From Microcoleaceae cyanobacterium (GTDB lineage Bacteria > Cyanobacteriota > Cyanobacteriia > Cyanobacteriales > Microcoleaceae), in assembly GCA_051652765.1 (NCBI GenBank), contig JBOFUV010000043.1, forward strand, positions 1-56,498: a stretch of 56,498 bases of DNA, read 5' to 3'. The notes under the pieces are model-generated. The model worked only from the letters and a program-made list of their open reading frames with translations, was not told the origin of the DNA and made no database searches. This document shows positions 37,441 through 46,706 of the stretch, piece by piece. The translations under genes and the position numbers were made by a program. The stretch's first letter is position 1. The number at the start of each line of letters is the position of its first letter.

Positions 37441-37722
37441 ATGAATTCATTCTGGCTCTTGATTGCTCAAGCTACTGTCCCCACAACCCCAACTTGGTCG
37501 CCTAAGGTTGCCCTGATTATGATTACCTGCAATATATTTGCGATCGCCGTTGGGTTTTATGCCATTTCCAAAGAAAATCGCGGCAATGGGCCTGCACTTC
37601 CAGTCCGTCTTCCTGGATTATTTGAAGGGTTCGGAGTCCCAGAGTTACTGGCAACGGCAAGTTTTGGCCATTTATTGGGGGCAGGTATGATTTTGGGGTT
37701 GGGCAACGTTGGCTTGCTTTAG
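37441..37722 (+). CDS. psaK: Photosystem I subunit X
   Basis: PTWSPKVALIMITCN...PELLATASFGHLLGAGMILGL. Confidence 0.95.
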   Translation: MNSFWLLIAQATVPTTPTWSPKVALIMITCNIFAIAVGFYAISKENRGNGPALPVRLPGLFEGFGVPELLATASFGHLLGAGMILGLGNVGLL

Positions 37723-38002
37723 AATCTCGTGGTGTTCTAAGGGGGAGAATGACAATATTGCTCTTGAATTGCTCTTGAACGGTTCTCCACACTGTTTCAT
37801 CGGGAATACCCTTAGAGCCAACCGAGCTGTTCTTGATAAACTGAGGGTAAGTAAATTTGTATAGTAGCTTTCAACTGTGTTAGGCCAGGTTGAGGGATAA
37901 GGGTGTAGAGTATACACTTTTACACGCTTAACCTTCCCGTACACAAATTTAAAGCGCTGTAAACTAACTTTTTAAGCGTTCAGTTAAACAGCAGGACAGC
38001 TC

Positions 38003-39235
38003 ATGCAAGCAGGTTGGCGCATTGGTTCGATATTTGGCATTCCACTTTTTATTGATTCATCTTGGTTTTTGATTGTAGCGTTTATTACCATTGCCTACAG
38101 CCAGGATTATTTGGCTTGGGGGCCCGCGCTGTCCTGGGGAGCAGGTCTGACAATTGCTTTATTACTGTTTGGCTCAGTCTTATTGCATGAGTTGGGTCAC
38201 AGTTTGGTGGCGAAATCCCAAGGAATTAAAGTAAATTCTATTACTCTGTTTTTGTTTGGGGGGGTTGCTTCCATTGACCAAGAATCTAAAACCCCTGGCC
38301 AAGCATTTCAGGTGGCGGTTGCTGGCCCCTTGGTCAGTTTGGGGTTGTTTTTTCTGTTCAGTGTGACCGCCCAATTGCTTCCGACTTCTAGCCTTTTAAC
38401 TGCTTTGATTCAGCGAGCGGCGGGGATTAATCTGGTGCTTGCGGTGTTTAACATGATTCCGGGTCTCCCCCTCGATGGTGGGCAGGTGCTCAAATCTGCG
38501 GTTTGGAAGTTGACCGGGAATCGATTTACAGGAATTCGTTGGGCGGCTCGAACCGGCCAATGGCTTGGATGGAGCGCAGTTGCCCTAGGCTTAACAACAT
38601 TTCTACTGGCCAATCAGAGTGGCGGATTGTGGATGGCGTTGGTGGGTTGGTTTGTCGTGCGGAATGCCAACTCTTACAATCGCATGACTGACCTGCAAGA
38701 AGCCCTGACTCAAATTCAGGCGGCTGAGGCGATGACCCGTGAATTTCGGGTTGTAGATGCAAACTTGACGTTACGAGAGTTCGCGGATGAGTATGTAGTG
38801 TTGTCTGAGGCAACAACTGCATCGGTCTACTTTGCGGCTTCTGAGGGGCGGTATCGGGGTTTGGTTCCCCTAGACGCTTTGCGATCCATCGAACGCAGCC
38901 AGTGGGAGATGCGAATAGTCCAGGAGATTGTTCAACCTTTAGAACAGCTTGTCACGGTTTCGGAAACAGCCACCTTGGCTGAGGTGATTAACCGTATGGA
39001 AACTGAGCAACTGCCTCAGATTACGGTGATTTCTCCAGCAGGAGCCGTTGCGGGGATTATCGATCGAGGGGATATTGTTCAAGCCGTGGCGAAACGCTTA
39101 AAGGTCTTGATTCCGGCAGCAGAAATTAAGCGGATTAAGGCTGAGCGGAGCTATCCTGCTGGCTTGCCCTTGGCCGCGATCGCCCGGACGACGAACAGCT
39201 ATACAGACCTATCAGCTAAAAATCAGAACAATTAG
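38003..39235 (+). CDS. Site-2 protease (M50) with a CBS domain pair
   Basis: HELGH, VAGP, FNMIPGLPLDGG; C-terminal CBS motifs. Confidence 0.92.
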   Translation: MQAGWRIGSIFGIPLFIDSSWFLIVAFITIAYSQDYLAWGPALSWGAGLTIALLLFGSVLLHELGHSLVAKSQGIKVNSITLFLFGGVASIDQESKTPGQAFQVAVAGPLVSLGLFFLFSVTAQLLPTSSLLTALIQRAAGINLVLAVFNMIPGLPLDGGQVLKSAVWKLTGNRFTGIRWAARTGQWLGWSAVALGLTTFLLANQSGGLWMALVGWFVVRNANSYNRMTDLQEALTQIQAAEAMTREFRVVDANLTLREFADEYVVLSEATTASVYFAASEGRYRGLVPLDALRSIERSQWEMRIVQEIVQPLEQLVTVSETATLAEVINRMETEQLPQITVISPAGAVAGIIDRGDIVQAVAKRLKVLIPAAEIKRIKAERSYPAGLPLAAIARTTNSYTDLSAKNQNN

Positions 39236-39266
39236 CAACCGTTAGCATGGTCTTTGTTCATCCGTT

Positions 39267-39310
39267 CGGAAGAGCGCTCTACGTGATAAAAATTGTAGAG
39301 TGCTCTTCCG
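39267..39310 (+). terminator. Long 3' hairpin after the M50-CBS gene
   Basis: CGGAAGAGCGCTCTACG-N10-TGTAGAGTGCTCTTCCG (17-bp stem with G-U pairs); no strong U tract. Confidence 0.55.
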
Positions 39311-39555
39311 TCTGAATAAGCCCCATAAGACTAAAGTCTTGTGCTTCTTTTTACCTGGAGAGACATGCTATGGCAGTTAATTGTTCCTGGTTTTCCAGGT
39401 CAATTTTTTGGAACTCTAAGGCAAGAGAATCGGTCTAATCCTTTAGTTTCAGAGCTAATCTCAATCCTTTTCCATTGAGTAGAGACGACTGACTGTCCTC
39501 TCATGCTCCGAAATAAAAGTATAAAACAACACTAGTATTGCAACCTGAGAACCCC

Positions 39556-40497
39556 ATGAGAAGTCAAACGTTTGTAGTCGCGGTCGCCCTATGTGGAATT
39601 TTTAGTCTTGCTAGTAATGGTATCTTGGCAGCGCAGCCCGCCCAGGCCCGAGCAACCCGAGCCCAGGATGCCTTGAAAATAGCTCGTAGCCAGCGAGAAG
39701 GAGTATTAACCGCCAGTGACCCCAACGCTCAGATTAACCTCCGTTCCGAACCTTCAGAGCGAGCCAGAATCAGTGGCTATGGGGTAGTGGGCGATCGCGT
39801 TGAGATTCTCAATGAAGCTCGCAACCGAGATGGGAATTGGTATGAAGTCCGTTTTCCCCAATCTGGGGCTAAAGGCTGGATTCGTGGAGATTTTATCCGC
39901 GTGTCAGGAGACGGATCGACTTCGTCTTCTAGTCAATCCATGAGTCTCTCTCAAACTGGCAAGGGGCGCTTTACCTTGGCCGGTCGGCGAGACCAGACTA
40001 TTGAGAGTGCTTCAGTGAGTGTGGACTCCCGTGGGAATGCAGAACTGGCGCTGAGAATGAGCGATCGCAATCTCGTTCGATTCAGTGGGCGGATGGTGGC
40101 TAAAGACGCTTATGCCCTAACCCTTGATCTACGGAGTTCGGGTAATGCGGATGCTGAAGGTACAGCCAACGTTGAGTATGGGGCCAATAATTCTATCAAT
40201 CGCATCATTGCAGATGGTCGTTTGGATGGGCAGAATTTTTCAGTGAACTTTACAGGAAACCAAAATTCTGGCAATAATTCTGGTAATAATTCTGGTAATA
40301 ATTCCAACAATACAGATTTAGACTTCTTAGGAAAAAATGTTGACGAAGTTGTCAGTCGTCTTCGGCGCGATGGGTGGCAAGTTACGGAATCTACAAATAG
40401 TGTCGTCAAGTTAGATCGAGGTCAAATTGGGATGGATATTGAGTTTAATTCCCGTACTCGCAGAATTACCTCTGTCCGGATGGCGGACTTGACTTGA
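39556..40497 (+). CDS. Exported bacterial SH3 (SH3b) domain protein
   Basis: Signal peptide ending PAQA; INLRSEP...GDRV...WYEV...GWI; NSGN repeat linker. Confidence 0.8.
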   Translation: MRSQTFVVAVALCGIFSLASNGILAAQPAQARATRAQDALKIARSQREGVLTASDPNAQINLRSEPSERARISGYGVVGDRVEILNEARNRDGNWYEVRFPQSGAKGWIRGDFIRVSGDGSTSSSSQSMSLSQTGKGRFTLAGRRDQTIESASVSVDSRGNAELALRMSDRNLVRFSGRMVAKDAYALTLDLRSSGNADAEGTANVEYGANNSINRIIADGRLDGQNFSVNFTGNQNSGNNSGNNSGNNSNNTDLDFLGKNVDEVVSRLRRDGWQVTESTNSVVKLDRGQIGMDIEFNSRTRRITSVRMADLT

Positions 40498-40541
40498 TGG
40501 GTTAACCACTAGAAGATAACTATGAATCAGGCGTTAACAGG

Positions 40542-41420
40542 ATGAAAATCATTAAAACTAGTGCTCTACTTTTAGTTGGATTTCTATCATTATCTGGGAT
40601 TTTTTGTGAAAGCATTAACCCAGATCGATTAAGGGCGATCGCCCTTGAATCCGACTTGCCAACTTCAATTGCTCAAGATCCTTTACCCATCAATAACACC
40701 CTGGAAAACACAACTTGGACGTTATTGTCTTGGACAGAACAATCAGGCTCAAAAACACCCCTTGCAGACTCGAAAATCACCTTGAACTTTACTCAGGATA
40801 GACTCAGCGGTTCTTCAGGGTGTAATCAGTACATAGGAGGTTATCGCTTAGATCAACAACTCCTAAAAGTTGGTACTTTAGGTTCAACCCTTCGCGCTTG
40901 TCCGGATGAAATTATGGCTCAAGAATTCCAATATCTAACCGCATTGCAGGCAGCAACCCGGTATGAAATTGATGCTCAAGGGCAACTCAGAATTTCTTAC
41001 AGTCAAGGCACTGAAGAAGGGGTTTTGATTTTTGGTACTCAACCAACTATCCGTTTAGAAGGTTCATCTTGGCGGCTAACCCGTTGGGAGGATGCAGAAT
41101 CAACAGGAGTTCCTCTAGCAGAAACGATAATTGACGCGACCTTTGTAGACGGAAAAGTAGCAGGTTCTTCGGGATGTAACCGTTATATAGGCTCCTATCA
41201 AACTGAGGAAAATACTTTAAAAGTTAGTGAAATAGCCACAACCAAAAAAGCTTGCCCTGAACCCATTCTGAAACAGGAAAGTCGATTTGTAATGGCGCTT
41301 CAAGGTGCACAAAACTATGAAATTAGTCCTCAGCAACAACTGACAATTTTCTATAATTCTCAGGAAAGTTCAGGATCAATGACATTTGTTTTGGAAGAGA
41401 CCTCCGCCAACCCTCTGTAG
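40542..41420 (+). CDS. Tandem META-domain (HslJ-like) exported protein
   Basis: Two copies of W-L...GSSGCN-Y...T--ACP...QE..F/Y..AL. Confidence 0.88.
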   Translation: MKIIKTSALLLVGFLSLSGIFCESINPDRLRAIALESDLPTSIAQDPLPINNTLENTTWTLLSWTEQSGSKTPLADSKITLNFTQDRLSGSSGCNQYIGGYRLDQQLLKVGTLGSTLRACPDEIMAQEFQYLTALQAATRYEIDAQGQLRISYSQGTEEGVLIFGTQPTIRLEGSSWRLTRWEDAESTGVPLAETIIDATFVDGKVAGSSGCNRYIGSYQTEENTLKVSEIATTKKACPEPILKQESRFVMALQGAQNYEISPQQQLTIFYNSQESSGSMTFVLEETSANPL

Positions 41421-41497
41421 TGGGGAAGTCTGGAGGCAAGATATACTGGAGGTAAAACTTATCAGTTAATTCTAGTACTCTTATTGAGTCGGAACAG

Positions 41498-41530
41498 TCA
41501 GTAAGGTGGGCAATCTTCCCGCCCTACTGA
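41498..41530. repeat. REP-like palindrome (family A)
   Basis: TCAGTAAGGTGGG...CCCGCCCTACTGA between convergent genes. Confidence 0.65.
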
Positions 41531-41546
41531 CATTCATCAATCGTAG

Positions 41547-41611
41547 TAAAGTTTGAGAATAAAGTTTGAGAATAAAGTTTGAGAATAAAGTTTGAGAATA
41601 AAGTTTGAGAA
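41547..41611. repeat. Perfect 13-bp tandem repeat x5
   Basis: TAAAGTTTGAGAA x5. Confidence 0.95.
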
Positions 41612-41661
41612 CTTTGTCTGGAGGCAGGAGCAACGCCTCTTTATCCTATCTCACAGGTTAT

Positions 41662-42186
41662 TTACAAATCATTTGGGATGGCTACATAACTTGTTTTCAA
41701 TTTCTTTTTTAGCTTTAACAGGAATTTAAACCATGCCTGGGCAGGTTGATCATAGAATGTAAAAATATCTCCATACGCAACTCTTGAATTGCAATGATGT
41801 TGCCAATGTCGTTCGGGAGTTGTAACAAATAATTTTTGACAGAGTTGTGCGAGCAAGGGAGGAGTTTGCCACTTTTGCAAAGACAGATGTCGCCACTCCA
41901 CATGACACTCTGCCACGACTAATCCTAAGACGGTTCCGATTGGAGAAATCATCCAGAACACCGGAATAAACATCAAGTAAGGGAATGCCGCAAAAAATCC
42001 CACAATCAGAGCACAGGGCTGCTTGGCTCGGAAAGCGTAGCGAATAAAGCTCCGATTCGGGCTATGATGAACGATACAGTGAAACTTGCCAAAGATGTGT
42101 TCGGGAACGTGGTAGAAAAATGTAGCGACAAAATCTCCGACCAAAAGCAGGAGATACGCAACTAGAATAATCTTAAAACAGGCCAC
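41662..42186 (-). CDS. Fatty acid hydroxylase/sterol desaturase family protein
   Basis: His boxes HVPEH, HCIVHH, HVEWRH, HWQHH; TM segments. Confidence 0.8.
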   Translation of the reverse strand: MACFKIILVAYLLLLVGDFVATFFYHVPEHIFGKFHCIVHHSPNRSFIRYAFRAKQPCALIVGFFAAFPYLMFIPVFWMISPIGTVLGLVVAECHVEWRHLSLQKWQTPPLLAQLCQKLFVTTPERHWQHHCNSRVAYGDIFTFYDQPAQAWFKFLLKLKKKLKTSYVAIPNDL

Positions 42187-42475
42187 AGGAAATTCCTCAC
42201 GAACTATGATGACGGTAATGGACTGAGGTTAAATTAGACTTACTTTGGGGTTAAATCTGATTTAACAAATCATTCAGAAGTCCTGTTGCGTTTCAGAAAA
42301 GCTTTCTTTTCTGACGTTTGAATGGTTGCCATAGCCATCCTATTGGAATCGTAAGCGTTAAGTTGGGCATTTTACCTGGGCAAGCTTTAGCCTGCACTAC
42401 AAATTTTCACAGAATTTTCATAAACTATTTGAGATTGCTATATCAAGGTTACTGTAACAAAGGAAACGCTTAAAG

Positions 42476-43090
42476 ATGGTAAGTTTTGACCACCCCCCTA
42501 GAATTCTGTTTTTGTATGGTTCATTGCGGGAACGCTCTTACAGTCGTTTATTGGCAGAAGAAGCTTCCCGGATTATTACAGAAATGGGTGCAGAAATTAA
42601 GTTCTTTCATTCCCATGACTTACCGTTAAGAGATCGAGTTGAAGAATCCCATCCCAAAGTCCAAGAGATCCGAGAATTAAGCCAGTGGTCTGAAGGTCAA
42701 GTCTGGTGTTCTCCAGAAATGCATGGCAACATTACAGGCATTTTCAAGAATCAAATTGACTGGATTCCTTTAAGTATTGGTGCAGTTCGACCGACCCAGG
42801 GAAAGACCCTGGCTTTAATGCAAGTGAGCGGGGGGTCTCAATCCTTTAATGCCCTGAATACGATGAGAATATTGGGGCGCTGGATGCGAATGTTTACCAT
42901 TCCCAATCAGTCTTCTGTAGCAAAAGCATATCAGGAGTTTAATGAGGATGGAACCATGAAAGATTCACCCTATCGCGACCGGATCATTGATGTGATGGAA
43001 GAGTTGTATAAGTTCACGATACTTTTACGGGACAAGGTTGATTACTTGACAGATCGCTACAGTGAACGCCAGGAAAAAAACAACCCATAG
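42476..43090 (+). CDS. arsH: Arsenical resistance flavoprotein ArsH
   Basis: [51 protein letters not shown]. Confidence 0.95.
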   Translation: MVSFDHPPRILFLYGSLRERSYSRLLAEEASRIITEMGAEIKFFHSHDLPLRDRVEESHPKVQEIRELSQWSEGQVWCSPEMHGNITGIFKNQIDWIPLSIGAVRPTQGKTLALMQVSGGSQSFNALNTMRILGRWMRMFTIPNQSSVAKAYQEFNEDGTMKDSPYRDRIIDVMEELYKFTILLRDKVDYLTDRYSERQEKNNP

Positions 43091-43183
43091 ATTTTTTTGA
43101 TGGCTCAAAATGCCCTTAAGATACAATTGGCTTGAGACATAACTAAAAAATAAAATCAAATGAAATTTTAGGAGTCTATTTCA

Positions 43184-43639
43184 GTGGAGCAGCAATCTTC
43201 TCAACCAATTACGGAAAATCTATGGTGGGCAATTCCAGGTAAATTAGCCGGGGTTCGGAAACCGACAGTTGAGGAAATTCCTGAATTGAAGACGGCGGGG
43301 ATTGGAGCAATTGTCTCAGTTATGGATGATCCTTCCAACCTGGATTTGTATGAACAGGCCGAGCTACCCCATCTCTGGCTGCCAATTACCGGGGGAACTG
43401 CCCCTAGCCCAGAACAGGTTCAGCAGTTGCAGAGCTTTATCGATACCCAAAATTCCCAAGGAACTGCCGTTGCTATTCACTGTACCAGTGGCAGACGACG
43501 AACTGGAACTGTTCTGGCCGCCTACTTAATTCGTTCTGGTGTGTCCTATGAAACAGCAGTGCAAACTGTTCTAACGGCAAACCCAGAGGTTGAGTTACGA
43601 GCAGCTCAAACAACCTTTCTGCAGGAATTGGCAAGTTAA
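43184..43639 (+). CDS. Dual-specificity/protein-tyrosine phosphatase-like protein
   Basis: AIHCTSGRRRTG (HCX5R); AGGAG RBS with GTG start. Confidence 0.85.
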   Translation: MEQQSSQPITENLWWAIPGKLAGVRKPTVEEIPELKTAGIGAIVSVMDDPSNLDLYEQAELPHLWLPITGGTAPSPEQVQQLQSFIDTQNSQGTAVAIHCTSGRRRTGTVLAAYLIRSGVSYETAVQTVLTANPEVELRAAQTTFLQELAS

Positions 43640-43674
43640 CCAAGCCTGATCCTGTTCAGAAATTTTCATCCTTT

Positions 43675-44880
43675 ATGGCGCTGATGAACCCGGCAAAAAA
43701 ACAGACTGCGATTCTGTGGAGACAGGTTTTGGGATTGGCTGGCTTACAAGGGGCAATTACCCTTTGTTGGCTAATTTATCATCTCTATTTTCCTCAACTT
43801 CTAGCTGGAGTGGGGATGAGTGGTTGGGGACAAACCGTGATTTTGCTGGAATCCATTCTAGCAATTGTGCTCGAACCCATTGCTGGGAGCCTATCAGATC
43901 GGCAAAAACACTGGCTGGGAACTCGTTTTCCTATCATTGGCTTAGGTGTGATTCTGGCTTCAGCCTTATTTATTGCGATTCCAATTGTTTTTGGCCTGGG
44001 TCAACCTGTTCAAGGATTCCGATTTTTACTCCCTGGGGTTTTAATCGCTTGGGCCGGAGTCATGGCTCTATTTCGGAGTCCAGCAACTGCATTATTGGGT
44101 CAATACGCTAAGGCAACGGTTCTGCCCCAAGCCATGAGTGTGTTAGTCCTCGTGGGCGGATTGGTCAGAGCCATTCAACCCATTGCTAGTGATTTAATTC
44201 TGAGTTGGGGGCCAAACATCACCTTTACCCTAGGTTCCTTAACGCTTTTATTGGCTGTGATCGGACTCAGATCGCTCAATCCCAACGAGATCAACCCCCA
44301 AGGGTTGACGGCTCAACCTGTGGCTCAGAGAACTTCTTTCAAAGTATTTTGCCAAGGTCTAGGCTCGATCATCGGTTTGGGAATCTCCATTGCTTGGGGA
44401 ACCCGGTTGATGCTGGGAGAAATCCTGCCTGCCGTTTTAGTCAATGCAGTCCCGAATACAAACCTGAAATTGCTCTCCTTTGCAATTCTGGCATTGCTGG
44501 CCATGGCAGCACTCCCTGCGGGCAGGTTTGCAGTCAAAGTTGGGAACCGACAAGCTCTGTTGATGGGGCTATTGACAACGGCAGGGATCGTCATGGTAAT
44601 GGCCTACAGTCAAGGAACTTTATCGGTGTTTCTGGCACTTTTGGTCACGGTTGCGAGCTATAGCCTCGTTGCGAATGGAGCAGTCCCATTTGCCCTCTCC
44701 GCCGTTCCGGTGAATCAAGGGGGACTGGGGGTAGGACTTTACTTTAGCGGCTTTTCCCTGGGAATGGCCCTCTATGATGGGGTAATGCCGGGGTTTGGTC
44801 AGCTTTCCCTAGTTGCAAAAGCAGGAATTGCCGCGATCGCCTTTCTTCTCGGAGGGGTTTGGGTCAGGGTCAAGACCTGA
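43675..44880 (+). CDS. MFS transporter
   Basis: About 12 TM segments; GSLSDR motif-A-like; PAGRFAVKVGNR. Confidence 0.85.
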   Translation: MALMNPAKKQTAILWRQVLGLAGLQGAITLCWLIYHLYFPQLLAGVGMSGWGQTVILLESILAIVLEPIAGSLSDRQKHWLGTRFPIIGLGVILASALFIAIPIVFGLGQPVQGFRFLLPGVLIAWAGVMALFRSPATALLGQYAKATVLPQAMSVLVLVGGLVRAIQPIASDLILSWGPNITFTLGSLTLLLAVIGLRSLNPNEINPQGLTAQPVAQRTSFKVFCQGLGSIIGLGISIAWGTRLMLGEILPAVLVNAVPNTNLKLLSFAILALLAMAALPAGRFAVKVGNRQALLMGLLTTAGIVMVMAYSQGTLSVFLALLVTVASYSLVANGAVPFALSAVPVNQGGLGVGLYFSGFSLGMALYDGVMPGFGQLSLVAKAGIAAIAFLLGGVWVRVKT

Positions 44881-44971
44881 TTTGTCCAAATTCTGGACGT
44901 TAAATTAAGCTTTCTCAAAATCATGAAGATTTGTTACCTTATAAAGGTTGGCATCCCATCCAGTCAGCCCT

Positions 44972-46624
44972 GTGAACTGCACTCTTGTTTGGTTTCGTCG
45001 CGACCTACGGGTTGTTGACCATGCTCCCCTACATCGGGCGACGAAGCGGGGAGCCGTTATCCCGGTGTTTATTCTCGACCCGGCCTTGTTGCACCATCCT
45101 GAGACAGGTGTTGCTCGGGTTAGCTTTATGCTGGAATGTCTCCGCAGTTTGGATCAGGATCTACGGGAACGGGGTGGACGGTTGATCCTGCGGTATGGCG
45201 ATCCGGTTAAGGTTCTGCCCCAACTCGTTCAGGAAACAGCAGCAGCAGGAATTTACGCCTATATTGACTACGAACGGATTTACGGGCGGGTGCGGGATGC
45301 TCGGCTCAATCAGGTGCTTGAACAGAAGCTGATGAAAATCCGCTGGTTTGAGCCAACGACTGGAACGAGCAGTCTAATGCCCTATCCCCAATATCGAGAG
45401 TGGTGGTTTTCCCAAATGCGAGAATTGATCCCCCCTGCTCCCCAACAAGTGACAGTACCTGAGGAGGTGCGGAGTGAGGCTCTGCCGACTTTAGCTGACT
45501 TGGGATTACTGGAGGATGGCAAACCAATTCCCCCGGCTGGAACGGGTGCTGCCCGGAAGTTACTGCAAGATTTTTTAGACCATAAGACTCGGGATTACTA
45601 CTGGCAACTGTCCTATCCGGGAGCTGAGGCCACAACGGGGTTAAGTCCCCATATTAAATTTGGCGCAATCTCAGTGCGGGAGTGCTATCAAACAATTCAG
45701 GCTTACCCTGCCCAGGGAGATCCTCGAATTGAACGCAGTAAACAGCAGGCGATCGCCCGGTTGCGATGGGGCGTGGGATTTGCTCAACGATTTCGTTATC
45801 TGCCTCAGTTGGAGTTGCGATCGCTCTATAGCATCTTTGATCAGGAAGGTTGGGAGTTTGACGAAGAGCTGTATCAGGCTTGGAAGCATGGCAACACAGG
45901 CTTTCCAATTGTTGATGCGGCGGCTCGTTGTCTGCAAGCCACAGGGGGTTGGCGAGCCCTCAACTTTCGGACTCGGGCAATTTACGCAAGCTTCCTGGGA
46001 AATTTGCTGGGGATGGACTGGCGTTACGGCGCTTTGCACTTTATGCAGCACCTCATTGATGGTGACTGTCCGATTGATCATTACCAATGGGCAATGCAAA
46101 CGGGGGTCACTCACTGTATTGACAAGACTTGGACAAGAATTTACAACCCCGGACAGACTGCCGTAGATCGCTGTGATCCAGAGGGAATTTTCATCAAGCA
46201 CTGGGTACCTGAATTGGCTGACGTTCCTCCAGACCAGTTGGGTAATCCACCTCAGAGGCAGGATTATCGGACACCCATTCTGAACTATCGTGCTGCCCGT
46301 AAGCGTCGAGTTGAGCAGCTTCAAGCCCAGCGAGGTCAATTTCTGGGTCAGGAGAATGTTCTAGCCTTTCTGGCGCGGTTGCCTGAGGACTTGACACCCT
46401 TTGGGAGCGATCGCCAAATTTGTGAGGTGAGCTGGGCCCATGCACCAGTTGATGATCTGTTTCCTAAAGCCCTAGACCTAGAGACCTTGAATGCCACCCA
46501 ATCTAAAGCTCTACGCACTTGGTTTGTGGCTCACGTTGATATTAAGCCGCCTCGAACTCAAGCCCGTCGTCGCAAACAAATCAGTGAGTCCAATGACTTT
46601 GTGCAGCTTTGTTTACCAATCTAA
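44972..46624 (+). CDS. Cryptochrome/photolyase family flavoprotein (atypical)
   Basis: WFRRDLRVVDH, LSPHIKFG, GNTGFPIVDAA, LIDGD, RIYNP, DPEGIFIKHWVPEL; start at GTG 44972 or TTG 44948. Confidence 0.88.
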   Translation: MNCTLVWFRRDLRVVDHAPLHRATKRGAVIPVFILDPALLHHPETGVARVSFMLECLRSLDQDLRERGGRLILRYGDPVKVLPQLVQETAAAGIYAYIDYERIYGRVRDARLNQVLEQKLMKIRWFEPTTGTSSLMPYPQYREWWFSQMRELIPPAPQQVTVPEEVRSEALPTLADLGLLEDGKPIPPAGTGAARKLLQDFLDHKTRDYYWQLSYPGAEATTGLSPHIKFGAISVRECYQTIQAYPAQGDPRIERSKQQAIARLRWGVGFAQRFRYLPQLELRSLYSIFDQEGWEFDEELYQAWKHGNTGFPIVDAAARCLQATGGWRALNFRTRAIYASFLGNLLGMDWRYGALHFMQHLIDGDCPIDHYQWAMQTGVTHCIDKTWTRIYNPGQTAVDRCDPEGIFIKHWVPELADVPPDQLGNPPQRQDYRTPILNYRAARKRRVEQLQAQRGQFLGQENVLAFLARLPEDLTPFGSDRQICEVSWAHAPVDDLFPKALDLETLNATQSKALRTWFVAHVDIKPPRTQARRRKQISESNDFVQLCLPI

Positions 46625-46706
46625 TTCCGCCAGTCTAATTACCATCAATCTGATCATCGCCAATCATTCCTAGCGACCCAACCACACTTAGTTTGTTTAA
46701 TCACCC

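Noticed and set aside
39250..39310. TGTTCATC...CGGAAG resembling a glutamine (glnA/downstream-peptide) riboswitch
   Set aside because: Spacing and 3' conserved elements do not fit; better explained as a simple 3' hairpin
41547..41611. Regular repeat arrays (also 8054, 31819, 36216) considered as CRISPR or iterons
   Set aside because: Units are contiguous 12-16 bp with no unique spacers, and no cas or rep genes are in the window
45660..46339. Long alternative-frame and antisense ORFs within the photolyase-like gene (and similar ones in phoA, pepA, glgX, MFS and phoX)
   Set aside because: Shadow ORFs of well-supported genes with no protein-like features
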